Below are positions 29,101-43,037 of a DNA stretch of 64,000 nucleotides, piece by piece. The notes under the pieces are model-generated. The model worked only from the letters and a program-made list of their open reading frames with translations, searched no databases and was not told the origin of the DNA. Numbering within the stretch: position 1 is the stretch's first letter; each line of letters starts with the position of its first letter. The stretch spans positions 6,597 through 70,596 of the forward strand of contig JBHGNT010000132.1 of NCBI GenBank assembly GCA_043228905.1, read 5' to 3'. The translations under genes were made by a program, and so were the position numbers. This DNA is from Azolla caroliniana. Its lineage: Eukaryota > Plantae > Polypodiophyta.

Positions 29101-32100
29101 CACAAAAATCCGATATCACACGAGCTAGGTATGAACATTTTCGTTTACCCACTAGCTCGTCTTAACTCACTCCTCAAATTTGGTAATTTCATCATGTCTC
29201 TCAACCTGAGTTTCTAAATCTTGATTTCTTAATTCCATATCATAGCTAGGGTTGTTAGCTTCGATTCGCATGTTTGAACACAAAAATCCGATATCACACG
29301 TGCCAGGTATGAACATTTTAATTTACTGAAGGGCTCCTCTCAACTCACTCCTCAAATTTGGTAATTTCTTCATGTCTCTCGACCTGAGTTTCAAAATCTT
29401 GATTTTTTAATTCCATATCATAGCTAGCATTGTTAGCTTCGATTCGCATGTTTGAACACAAAAATCCGATATAACACGAGCCAGGTATGAACTATTTAAT
29501 TTACCTCCTAGCTCTTCTCAACTCACTCCTCAAATTTGGAAATTTCGTCATGTCTCTCGACCTGAGTTTCAAAATCTTGATTTTTTAATTCCATATCATA
29601 GCTAGCGTTGTTAGCTTCGATTCGCATGTTTGAACACAAAACTCCGATATGACACGAGCCAGGTATGAACATTTCGATTTACTCAAGGGCTCCTCTCAAC
29701 TCACTCCTCAAATTTTGGTAATTTCGTCATGTCTGTCGACCTGAGTTTCAAAATCTTGATTTTTTAATTCCATATAATAGCTAGCGTTGTTATCTTCGAT
29801 TCGCATGTTTGAACACAAAACTCCGATATGACACGAGCCAGGTATGAACATTTTAATTTACTCAAGGGCTCCTCTCAACTCACTACTCAAATTTGGTAAT
29901 TTCGTCATGTCTGTCGACCTGAGTTTCAAAATCTTGATTTTTTAATTCCATATCATAGCTAGCGTTGTTAGCTTCGATTCGCATGTTTGAACACAAAACT
30001 CCGATATCACACGAGCCAGGTATGAACTATTTAATTTACCTCCTAGCGCTCTTCTCAACTCACTCCTCAAATTTGGTAATTTCGTCATGTCTGTCGACCT
30101 GAGTTTCAAAATCTTGATTTTTTAATTCCATATCATAACTAGCGTTGTTAGCTTCGATTCGCAAGTTTGAACACAAAAATCCGATATCACACGAGCTAGG
30201 TATGAACATTTTCGTTTACCCACTAGCTGCTCTCAACTCACTCCTCAAATTTGGTAATTTCGTCATGTCTGTCGACCTGAGTTTCAAAATCTTGATTTTT
30301 TAATTCCATATCATAGCTAGCGTTGTTAGCTTCGATTCGCATATTTGAACACAAAAATCCGATATGACACGAGCTAGGTATGAATATTTTCGTTTACCCA
30401 CTAGCTCGTCTTAACTCACTCCTCAAATTTGGTAATTTCATCATGTCTCTCGACCTGAGTTTCAAAATCTTGATTTTTTAATTCCATATCATAGCTAGCG
30501 TTGTTAGCTTCGATTCGCATGTTTGAACACAAAAATCCGATATGACACGAGCCAGGTATGAACATTTTGATTTACTCAAGGGCTCCTCTCAACTCACTCC
30601 TCAAATTTGGTAATTTCTTCATGTCTGTCGACCTGAGTTTCAAAATCTTGATTTTTTAATTCCATATCATAGCTAGCGTTGTTAGCTTCGATTCGCATGT
30701 TTGAACACAAAAATCCGATATCACACGAGCCAGGTATGAACATTTTCATTTACTCAAGGGCTCCTCTCCACTACTTCCTCAAGTTTGGTAATTTCGTCAT
30801 GTCTCTCGACCTGAGTTTCAAAATCTTGATTTTTTAATTCCATATCATAGGTAGTGTTGTTAGCTTCGATTTGCATGTTTGAACACAAAAATCCGATATG
30901 ACACGAGCCAGGTATGAACATTTTAATTTACTCAAGGGCTCCTCTCAACTCACTCCTCAAATATGGTAATTTCGTCGTGTCTGTCGACCTGAGTTTTAAA
31001 ATCTTGATTTTTTAATTCCATATCATAGCTAGCGTTGTTAGCTTCGATTCGCATGTTTGAACACAGCAATCGGATATCACACGAGCCAGGTATGAACATT
31101 TTAATTTACCTCCTAGCTCTTCTTAACTCACTCCTCAAATTTGGTAATTTCGTCATGTCTCTCGACTTGAGTTTCAAAATCTTGATTTTTTAATTCCCCG
31201 TCATAGCTAGCGTTGTTAGCTTCGATTCGCATGTTTGAAAACAAAAATACGATATGACACGAGTCAGGTATGAATATTTTAATTTACCTCCTAGCTCTTC
31301 TTAACTCACTCCTCAAATTTGGTAATTTCGTCATGTCTCTCGACTTGAGTTTCAAAATCTTGATTTTTTAATTCCCCATCATAGCTAGCGTTGTTAGCTT
31401 CGATTCGCATGTTTGAAAACAAAAATACGATATGACACGAGTCAGGTATGAATATTTTAATTTACTCAAGGGCTCCTCTCAACTCACTCCTCAAATTTGG
31501 TAATTTCGTCATGTCTGTCAACCTGAGTTTCAAAATCTTGGTTTTTTAATTCCATATCATAACTAGCATTGTTAGCTTCGATTCGCATGTTTGAACACAA
31601 AAATCCGATATGACACGAGCCAGGTATGAACATTTTGATTTACTCAAGGGCTCCTCTCAACTCACTCCTCAAATTTGGTAATTTCGTCATGTCTCTCGAC
31701 CTGAGTTTCAAAATCTTGATTTTCTAATTCCATATCATAGCTAGCGTTGTTAGCTTCGATTCGCATGTTTGAACACAAAAATCCGATATCACACGAGCCA
31801 GGTATGAACATTTTCATTTACTCAAGGGCTCCTCTCCACTACTTCCTCAAGTTTGCTAATTTCGTCATGTCTCTCGACCTGAGTTTCAAAATCTTGATTT
31901 TTTAATTCCATATCATAGGTAGTGTTGTTAGCTTCGATTTGCATGTTTGAACACAAAAATCCGATATGACACGAGCCAGGTATGAACATTTTAATTTACT
32001 CAAGGGCTCCTCTCAACTCACTCCTCAAATATGGTAATTTCGTCGTGTCTGTCGACCTGAGTTTTAAAATCTTGATTTTTAAATTCCATATCATAGCTAG

Positions 32101-35100
32101 CGTTGTTAGCTTCGATTCGCATGTTTGAACACAGAAATCGGATATCACACGAGCCAGGTATGAACATTTTAATTTACCTCCTAGCTCTTCTTAACTCACT
32201 CCTCAAATTTGGTAATTTCGTCATGTCTCTCGACTTGAGTTTCAAAATCTTGATTTTTTAATTCCCCATCATAGCTAGCGTTGTTAGCTTCGATTCGCAT
32301 GTTTGAAAACAAAAATACGATATGACACGAGTCAGGTATGAATATTTTAATTTACCTCCTAGCTCTTCTTAACTCACTCCTCAAATTTGGTAATTTCGTC
32401 ATGTCTCTCGACTTGAGTTTCAAAATCTTGATTTTTTAATTCCCCATCATAGCTAGCGTTGTTAGCTTCGATTCGCATGTTTGAAAACAAAAATACGATA
32501 TGACACGAGTCAGGTATGAATATTTTAATTTACTCAAGGGCTCCTCTCAACTCACTCCTCAAATTTGGTAATTTCGTCATGTCTGTCAACCTGAGTTTCA
32601 AAATCTTGATTTTTTAATTCCATATCATAACTAGCATTGTTAGCTTCGATTCGCATGTTTGAACACAAAAATCCGATATGACACGAGCCAGGTATGAACA
32701 TTTTGATTTACTCAAGGGCTCCTCTCAACTCACTCCTCAAATTTGGTAATTTCGTCATGTCTCTCGACCTGAGTTTCAAAATCTTGATTTTCTAATTCCA
32801 TATCATAGCTAGCGTTGTTAGCTTCGATTCGCATGTTTGAACACAAAACTCCGAAATGACACGAACCAGGTATGAACATTTTAATTTACTCAAGGGCTCC
32901 TCTCAACTCACTCCTCAAATTTGGTAATTTCGTCATGTCTCTCGACCTGAGTTTCAAAATCTTGAGTTTTTAATTCCATATCATAGCTAGCATTGTTAGC
33001 TTCGATTCGCATGTTTGAACACAAAAATCCGATATCACACGAGCCAGGTATGAACTATTTAATTTACCTCCTAGCTCTTCTCAACTCACTCCTCAAATTT
33101 GGAAATTTCGTCATGTCTCTCGACCTGAGTTTCAAAATCTTGATTTTTTAATTCCATATCATAGCTAGCGTTGTTAGCTTCGATTCGCATGTTTGAACAC
33201 AAAACTCCGATATGACACGAGCCAGGTATGAACATTTCGATTTACTCAAGGGGTCCTCTCAACTCACTCCTCAAATTTGGTAATTTCGTCATGTCTGTCG
33301 ACCTGAGTTTCAAAATCTTGATTTTTTAATTCCATATAATAGCTAGCGTTGTTATCTTCGATTCGCATGTTTGAACACAAAACTCCGATATGACACGAGC
33401 CAGGTATGAACATTTTAATTTACTCAAGGGCTCCTCTCAACTCACTACTCAAATTTGGTAATTTCGTCATGTCTGTCGACCTGAGTTTCAAAATCTTGAT
33501 TTTTTAATTCCATATCATAGCTAGCGTTGTTAGCTTCGATTCGCATGTTTGAACACAAAACTCCGATATCACACGAGCCAGGTATGAACATTTTCATTTA
33601 CTCAAGGGCTCTTCTCAACTCACTCCTCAAATTTGGTAATTTCGTCATGTCTGTCGACCTGAGTTTCAAAATCTTGATTTTTTAATTCCATATCATAACT
33701 AGCGTTGTTAGCTTCGATTCGCAAGTTTGAACACAAAAATCCGATATCACACGAGCCAGGTATGAACATTTTCGTTTACCCACTAGCTGCTCTCAACTCA
33801 CTCCTCAAATTTGGTAATTTCGTCATGTCTGTCGACCTGAGTTTCAAAATCTTGATTTTTTAATTCCATATCATAGCTAGCGTTGTTAGCTTCGATTCGC
33901 ATATTTGAACACAAAAATCCGATATGACACGAGCTAGGTATGAATATTTTCGTTTACCCACTAGCTCGTCTTAACTCACTCCTCAAATTTGGTAATTTCA
34001 TCATGTCTCTCGACCTGAGTTTCAAAATCTTGATTTTTTAATTCCATATCATAGCTAGCGTTGTTAGCTTCGATTCGCATGTTTGAACACAAAAATCCGA
34101 TATGACACGAGCCAGGTATGAACATTTTGATTTACTCAAGGGCTCCTCTCAACTCACTCCTCAAATTTGGTAATTTCTTCATGTCTGTCGACCTGAGTTT
34201 CAAAATCTTGATTTTTTAATTCCATATCATAGCTAGCGTTGTTAGCTTCGATTCGCATGTTTGAACACAAAAATCCGATATCACACGAGCCAGGTATGAA
34301 CATTTTCATTTACTCAAGGGCTCCTCTCCACTACTTCCTCAAGTTTGCTAATTTCGTCATGTCTCTCGACCTGAGTTTCAAAATCTTGATTTTTTAATTC
34401 CATATCATAGCTAGCGTTGTTAGCTTCGATTCGCATGTTTGAACACAAAACTCCGAAATGACACGAACCAGGTATGAACATTTTAATTTACTCAAGGGCT
34501 CCTCTCAACTCACTCCTCAAATTTGGTAATTTCGTCATGTCTGTCGACTTGAGTTTCAAAATCTTGATTTTTTAATTCCATATCATAGCTAGCATTGTTA
34601 GCTTCGATTCGCATGTTTGAACACAAAAATCCGATATCACACGAGCCAGGTATGAACTATTTAATTTACCTCCTAGCTCTTCTCAACTCACTCCTCAAAT
34701 TTGGAAATTTCGTCATGTCTCTCGACCTGAGTTTCAAAATCTTGATTTTTTAATTCCATATCATAGCTAGCGTTGTTAGCTTCGATTCGCATGTTTGAAC
34801 ACAAAACTCCGATATGACACGAGCCAGGTATGAACATTTCGATTTACTCAAGGGCTCCTCTCAACTCACTCCTCAAATTTGGTAATTTCGTCATGTCTGT
34901 CGACCTGAGTTTCAAAATCTTGATTTTTTAATTCCATATAATAGCTAGCGTTGTTATCTTCGATTCGCATGTTTGAACAAAAAACTCCGATATGACACGA
35001 GCCAGGTATGAACATTTTAATTTACTCAAGGGCTCCTCTCAACTCACTACTCAAATTTGGTAATTTCGTCATGTCTGTCGACCTGAGTTTCAAAATCTTG

Positions 35101-35929
35101 ATTTTTTAATTCCATATCATAGCTAGCGTTGTTAGCTTCGATTCGCATGTTTGAACACAAAACTCCGATATCACACGAGCCAGGTATGAACATTTTCATT
35201 TACTCAAGGGCTCTTCTCAACTCACTCCTCAAATTTGGTAATTTCGTCATGTCTGTCGACCTGAGTTTCAAAATCTTGATTTTTTAATTCCATATCATAA
35301 CTAGCGTTGTTAGCTTCGATTCGCAAGTTTGAACACAAAAATCCGATATCACACGAGCTAGGTATGAACATTTTCGTTTACCCACTAGCTGCTCTCAACT
35401 CACTCCTCAAATTTGGTAATTTCGTCATGTCTGTCGACCTGAGTTTCAAAATCTTGATTTTTTAATTCCATATCATAGCTAGCGTTGTTAGCTTCGATTC
35501 GCATATTTGAACACAAAAATCCGATATGACACGAGCTAGGTATGAATATTTTCGTTTACCCACTAGCTCGTCTTAACTCACTCCTCAAATTTGGTAATTT
35601 CGTCATGTCTCTCGACCTGAGTTTCAAAATCTTGATTTTTTAATTCCATATCATAGCTAGCGTTGTTAGCTTCGATTCGCATGTTTGAACACAAAAATCC
35701 GATATGACACGAGCCAGGTATGAACATTTTGATTTACTCAAGGGCTCCTCTCAACTCACTCCTCAAATTTGGTAATTTCTTCATGTCTGTCGACCTGAGT
35801 TTCAAAATCTTGATTTTTTAATTCCATATCATAGCTAGCGTTGTTAGCTTCGATTCGCATGTTTGAACACAAAAATCCGATATCACACGAGCCAGGTATG
35901 AACATTTTCATTTACTCAAGGGCTCCTCT

Positions 35930-38421
35930 CCACTACTTCCTCAAGTTTGCTAATTTCGTCATGTCTCTCGACCTGAGTTTCAAAATCTTGATTTTTTAAT
36001 TCCATATCATAGGTAGTGTTGTTAGCTTCGATTTGCATGTTTGAACACAAAAATCCGATATGACACGAGCCAGGTATGAACATTTTAATTTACTCAAGGG
36101 CTCCTCTCAACTCACTCCTCAAATATGGTAATTTCGTCGTGTCTGTCGACCTGAGTTTTAAAATCTTGATTTTTAAATTCCATATCATAGCTAGCGTTGT
36201 TAGCTTCGATTCGCATGTTTGAACACAGAAATCGGATATCACACGAGCCAGGTATGAACATTTTAATTTACCTCCTAGCTCTTCTTAACTCACTCCTCAA
36301 ATTTGGTAATTTCGTCATGTCTCTCGACTTGAGTTTCAAAATCTTGATTTTTTAATTCCCCATCATAGCTAGCGTTGTTAGCTTCGATTCGCATGTTTGA
36401 AAACAAAAATACGATATGACACGAGTCAGGTATGAATATTTTAATTTACCTCCTAGCTCTTCTTAACTCACTCCTCAAATTTGGTAATTTCGTCATGTCT
36501 CTCGACTTGAGTTTCAAAATCTTGATTTTTTAATTCCCCATCATAGCTAGCGTTGTTAGCTTCGATTCGCATGTTTGAAAACAAAAATACGATATGACAC
36601 GAGTCAGGTATGAATATTTTAATTTACTCAAGGGCTCCTCTCAACTCACTCCTCAAATTTGGTAATTTCGTCATGTCTGTCAACCTGAGTTTCAAAATCT
36701 TGATTTTTTAATTCCATATCATAACTAGCATTGTTAGCTTCGATTCGCATGTTTGAACACAAAAATCCGATATGACACGAGCCAGGTATGAACATTTTGA
36801 TTTACTCAAGGGCTCCTCTCAACTCACTCCTCAAATTTGGTAATTTCGTCATGTCTCTCGACCTGAGTTTCAAAATCTTGATTTTCTAATTCCATATCAT
36901 AGCTAGCGTTGTTAGCTTCGATTCGCATGTTTGAACACAAAACTCCGAAATGACACGAACCAGGTATGAACATTTTAATTTACTCAAGGGCTCCTCTCAA
37001 CTCACTCCTCAAATTTGGTAATTTCGTCATGTCTCTCGACCTGAGTTTCAAAATCTTGAGTTTTTAATTCCATATCATAGCTAGCATTGTTAGCTTCGAT
37101 TCGCATGTTTGAACACAAAAATCCGATATCACACGAGCCAGGTATGAACTATTTAATTTACCTCCTAGCTCTTCTCAACTCACTCCTCAAATTTGGAAAT
37201 TTCGTCATGTCTCTCGACCTGAGTTTCAAAATCTTGATTTTTTAATTCCATATCATAGCTAGCGTTGTTAGCTTCGATTCGCATGTTTGAACACAAAACT
37301 CCGATATGACACGAGCCAGGTATGAACATTTCGATTTACTCAAGGGGTCCTCTCAACTCACTCCTCAAATTTGGTAATTTCGTCATGTCTGTCGACCTGA
37401 GTTTCAAAATCTTGATTTTTTAATTCCATATAATAGCTAGCGTTGTTATCTTCGATTCGCATGTTTGAACACAAAACTCCGATATGACACGAGCCAGGTA
37501 TGAACATTTTAATTTACTCAAGGGCTCCTCTCAACTCACTACTCAAATTTGGTAATTTCGTCATGTCTGTCGACCTGAGTTTCAAAATCTTGATTTTTTA
37601 ATTCCATATCATAGCTAGCGTTGTTAGCTTCGATTCGCATGTTTGAACACAAAACTCCGATATCACACGAGCCAGGTATGAACATTTTCATTTACTCAAG
37701 GGCTCTTCTCAACTCACTCCTCAAATTTGGTAATTTCGTCATGTCTGTCGACCTGAGTTTCAAAATCTTGATTTTTTAATTCCATATCATAACTAGCGTT
37801 GTTAGCTTCGATTCGCAAGTTTGAACACAAAAATCCGATATCACACGAGCCAGGTATGAACATTTTCGTTTACCCACTAGCTGCTCTCAACTCACTCCTC
37901 AAATTTGGTAATTTCGTCATGTCTGTCGACCTGAGTTTCAAAATCTTGATTTTTTAATTCCATATCATAGCTAGCGTTGTTAGCTTCGATTCGCATATTT
38001 GAACACAAAAATCCGATATGACACGAGCTAGGTATGAATATTTTCGTTTACCCACTAGCTCGTCTTAACTCACTCCTCAAATTTGGTAATTTCATCATGT
38101 CTCTCGACCTGAGTTTAAAAATCTTGATTTTTTAATTCCATATCATAGCTAGCGTTGTTAGCTTCGATTCGCATGTTTGAACACAAAAATCCGATATGAC
38201 ACGAGCCAGGTATGAACATTTTGATTTACTCAAGGGCTCCTCTCAACTCACTCCTCAAATTTGGTAATTTCTTCATGTCTGTCGACCTGAGTTTCAAAAT
38301 CTTGATTTTTTAATTCCATATCATAGCTAGCGTTGTTAGCTTCGATTCGCATGTTTGAACACAAAAATCCGATATCACACGAGCCAGGTATGAACATTTT
38401 CATTTACTCAAGGGCTCCTCT
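35930..38421. repeat. one clean period of the basic 14-monomer HOR (2492 bp)
   Basis: The CCACTACTTCCTCAAGTTTGCT marker is 14 monomers apart at 31836/34328, 35930/38422 and 46612/49104, with the same order of monomer types in each interval. Confidence 0.85.
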
Positions 38422-38849
38422 CCACTACTTCCTCAAGTTTGCTAATTTCGTCATGTCTCTCGACCTGAGTTTCAAAATCTTGATTTTTTAATTCCATATC
38501 ATAGGTAGTGTTGTTAGCTTCGATTTGCATGTTTGAACACAAAAATCCGATATGACACGAGCCAGGTATGAACATTTTAATTTACTCAAGGGCTCCTCTC
38601 AACTCACTCCTCAAATATGGTAATTTCGTCCTGTCTGTCGACCTGAGTTTTAAAATCTTGATTTTTTAATTCCATATCATAGCTAGCGTTGTTAGCTTCG
38701 ATTCGCATGTTTGAACACAGAAATCGGATATTACACGAGCCAGGTATGAACATTTTAATTTACCTCCTAGCTCTTCTTAACTCACTCCTCAAATTTGGTA
38801 ATTTCGTCATGTCTCTCGACTTGAGTTTCAAAATCTTGATTTTTTAATT

Positions 38850-41800
38850 CCCCATCATAGCTAGCGTTGTTAGCTTCGATTCGCATGTTTGAAAACAAAA
38901 ATACGATATGACACGAGTGAGGTATGAATATTTTAATTTACTCAAGGGCTCCTCTCAACTCACTCCTCAAATTTGGTAATTTCGTCATGTCTGTCAACCT
39001 TAGTTTCAAAATCTTGATTTTTTAATTCCATATCATAACTAGCATTGGTAGCTTCGATTCGCATGTTTGAACACAAAAATCCGATATGACACGAGCCAGG
39101 TATGAACATTTTGATTTACTCAAGGGCTCCTCTCAACTCACTCCTCAAATTTGGTAATTTCGTCATGTCTCTCGACCTGAGTTTCAAAATCTTGATTTTC
39201 TAATTCCATATCATAGCTAGCGTTGTTAGCTTCGATTCGCATGTTTGAACACAAAACTCCGAAATGACACGAACCAGGTATGAACATTTTAATTTACTCA
39301 AGGGCTCCTCTCAACTCACTCCTCAAATTTGGTAATTTCCTCATGTCTGTCGACTTGAGTTTCAAAATCTTGATTTTTTAATTCCATATCATAGCTAGCA
39401 TTGTTAGCTTCGATTCGCATGTTTGAACACAAAAATCCGATATCACACGAGCCAGGTATGAACTATTTAATTTACCTCCTAGCTCTTCTCAACTCACTAC
39501 TCAAATTTGGAAATTTCGTCATGTCTCTCGACCTGAGTTTTAAAAATCTTGATTTTTTAATTCCATATAATAGCTAGCGCTGTTAGCTTCGATTCGCATG
39601 TTTGAACACAAAACTCCGATATGACACGAGCCAGGTATGAACATTTTAATTTACTCAAGGGCTCCTCTCAACTCACTACTCAAATTTGGTAATTTCGTCA
39701 TGTCTGTCGACCTGAGTTTCAAAATCTTGATTTTTTAATTCCATATCATAGCTAGCGTCTTTAGCTTCGATTCGCATGTTTGAACACAAAACTCCGATAT
39801 CACACGAGCCAGGTATGAACATTTTCATTTATTCAAGGGCTCTTCTCAACTCACTCCTCAAATTTGGAAATTTCGTCATGTCTCTCGACCTGAGTTTCAA
39901 AATCTTGAGTTTTTAATTCCCCATCATAGGTAGCGTTGTTAGCTTCGATTCGCATGATTGAAAACAAAAATATGATATGACACGAGTCAGGTATGAATAT
40001 TTTAATTTACTCAAGGGCTCCTCTCAACTCATTCCTCAAATTTGGTAATTTCGTCATGTCTGTCAACCTGAGTTTCAAAATCTTGATTTTTTAATTCCAT
40101 ATCATAACTAGCGTTGTTAGCTTCGATTCGCATGTTTGAACACAAAAATCCGATATGACACGAGCCAGGTATGAACATTTTGATTTACTCAAGGGCTCCT
40201 CTCAACTCACCCCTCAAATTTGGTAAGTTCGTCATGTCTCTCGACCTGAGTTTCAAAATCTTGATTTTTTAATTCCATATCATAGCTAGCGTTGTTATCT
40301 TCGATTCGCATGTTTGAACACAAAACTCCGATATGACACGAGCCAGGTATGAACATTTTAATTTACTCAAGGGCTCCTCTCAACTCACTCCTCAAATATG
40401 GTAATTTCGTCGTGTCTGTCGACCTGAGTTTCAAAATCTTGATTTTTTAATTCCATATCATAGCTAGCGTTGTTAGCTTCGATTCGCATGTTTGAACACA
40501 GAAATCGGATATCACACGAGCCAGGTATGAACATTTTAATTTACCTCCTAGCTCTTCTTAACTCACTCCTCAAATTTGGTAATTTCGTCATGTCTCTCGA
40601 CTTGAGTTTCAAAATCTTGATTTTTTAATTCCCCATCATAGCTAGCGTTGTTAGCTTCGATTCGCATGTTTGAAAACAAAAATACGATATGACACGAGTC
40701 AGGTATGAATATTTTAATTTACTCAAGGGCTCCTCTCAACTCACTCCTCAAATTTGGTAATTTCGTCATGTCTGTCAACCTTAGTTTCAAAATCTTGATT
40801 TTTTAATTCCATATCATAACTAGCATTGGTAGCTTCGATTCGCATGTTTGAACACAAAAATCCGATATGACACGAGCCAGGTATGAACATTTTGATTTAC
40901 TCAAGGGCTCCTCTCAACTCACTCCTCAAATTTGGTAATTTCGTCATGTCTCTCGACCTGAGTTTCAAAATCTTGATTTTCTAATTCCATATCATAGCTA
41001 GCGTTGTTAGCTTCGATTCGCATGTTTGAACACAAAACTCCGAAATGACACAAACCAGGTATGAACATTTTAATTTACTCAAGGGCTCCTCTCAACTCAC
41101 TCCTCAAATTTGGTAATTTCGTCATGTCTGTCGACTTGAGTTTCAAAATCTTGATTTTTTAATTCCATATCATAGCTAGCGTTGTTAGCTTCGATTCGCA
41201 TGTTTGAAAACAAAAATACGATATGACACGAGTGAGGTATGAATATTTTAATTTACTCAAGGGCTCCTCTCAACTCACTCCTCAAATTTGGTAATTTCGT
41301 CATGTCTGTCAACCTTAGTTTCAAAATCTTGATTTTTTAATTCCATATCATAACTAGCATTGGTAGCTTCGATTCGCATGTTTGAACACAAAAATCCGAT
41401 ATGACACGAGCCAGGTATGAACATTTTGATTTACTCAAGGGCTCCTCTCAACTCACTCCTCAAATTTGGTAATTTCGTCATGTCTCTCGACCTGAGTTTC
41501 AAAATCTTGATTTTCTAATTCCATATCATAGCTAGCGTTGTTAGCTTCGATTCGCATGTTTGAACACAAAACTCCGAAATGACACGAACCAGGTATGAAC
41601 ATTTTAATTTACTCAAGGGCTCCTCTCAACTCACTCCTCAAATTTGGTAATTTCCTCATGTCTGTCGACTTGAGTTTCAAAATCTTGATTTTTTAATTCC
41701 ATATCATAGCTAGCATTGTTAGCTTCGATTCGCATGTTTGAACACAAAAATCCGATATCACACGAGCCAGGTATGAACTATTTAATTTACCTCCTAGCTC

Positions 41801-43037
41801 TTCTCAACTCACTACTCAAATTTGGAAATTTCGTCATGTCTCTCGACCTGAGTTTTAAAAATCTTGATTTTTTAATTCCATATAATAGCTAGCGCTGTTA
41901 GCTTCGATTCGCATGTTTGAACACAAAACTCCGATATGACACGAGCCAGGTATGAACATTTTAATTTACTCAAGGGCTCCTCTCAACTCACTACTCAAAT
42001 TTGGTAATTTCGTCATGTCTGTCGACCTGAGTTTCAAAATCTTGATTTTTTAATTCCATATCATAGCTAGCGTCTTTAGCTTCGATTCGCATGTTTGAAC
42101 ACAAAACTCCGATATCACACGAGCCAGGTATGAACATTTTCATTTATTCAAGGGCTCTTCTCAACTCACTCCTCAAATTTGGAAATTTCGTCATGTCTCT
42201 CGACCTGAGTTTCAAAATCTTGAGTTTTTAATTCCCCATCATAGGTAGCGTTGTTAGCTTCGATTCGCATGATTGAAAACAAAAATATGATATGACACGA
42301 GTCAGGTATGAATATTTTAATTTACTCAAGGGCTCCTCTCAACTCATTCCTCAAATTTGGTAATTTCGTCATGTCTGTCAACCTGAGTTTCAAAATCTTG
42401 ATTTTTTAATTCCATATCATAACTAGCGTTGTTAGCTTCGATTCGCATGTTTGAACACAAAAATCCGATATGACACGAGCCAGGTATGAACATTTTGATT
42501 TACTCAAGGGCTCCTCTCAACTCACCCCTCAAATTTGGTAAGTTCGTCATGTCTCTCGACCTGAGTTTCAAAATCTTGATTTTTTAATTCCATATCATAG
42601 CTAGCGTTGTTATCTTCGATTCGCATGTTTGAACACAAAACTCCGATATGACACGAGCCAGGTATGAACATTTTAATTTACTCAAGGGCTCCTCTCAACT
42701 CACTCCTCAAATATGGTAATTTCGTCGTGTCTGTCGACCTGAGTTTCAAAATCTTGATTTTTTAATTCCATATCATAGCTAGCGTTGTTAGCTTCGATTC
42801 GCATGTTTGAACACAGAAATCGGATATCACACGAGCCAGGTATGAACATTTTAATTTACCTCCTAGCTCTTCTTAACTCACTCCTCAAATTTGGTAATTT
42901 CGTCATGTCTCTCGACTTGAGTTTCAAAATCTTGATTTTTTAATTCCCCATCATAGCTAGCGTTGTTAGCTTCGATTCGCATGTTTGAAAACAAAAATAC
43001 GATATGACACGAGTCAGGTATGAATATTTTAATTTAC
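38850..43037. repeat. 13-monomer (2315 bp) HOR nested inside the 60-mer, about 2 copies; repeated at ~49530-53719 and continuing partially to ~54400
   Basis: The +1 bp variant GAGTTTTAAAAATC is at 39541, 41856, 50223 and 52538, and again at 54319. The first four are linked to GCGTCTTTAG, TTATTCAAGG and CGCATGATTG. The offset is 13x178+1. Confidence 0.9.
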
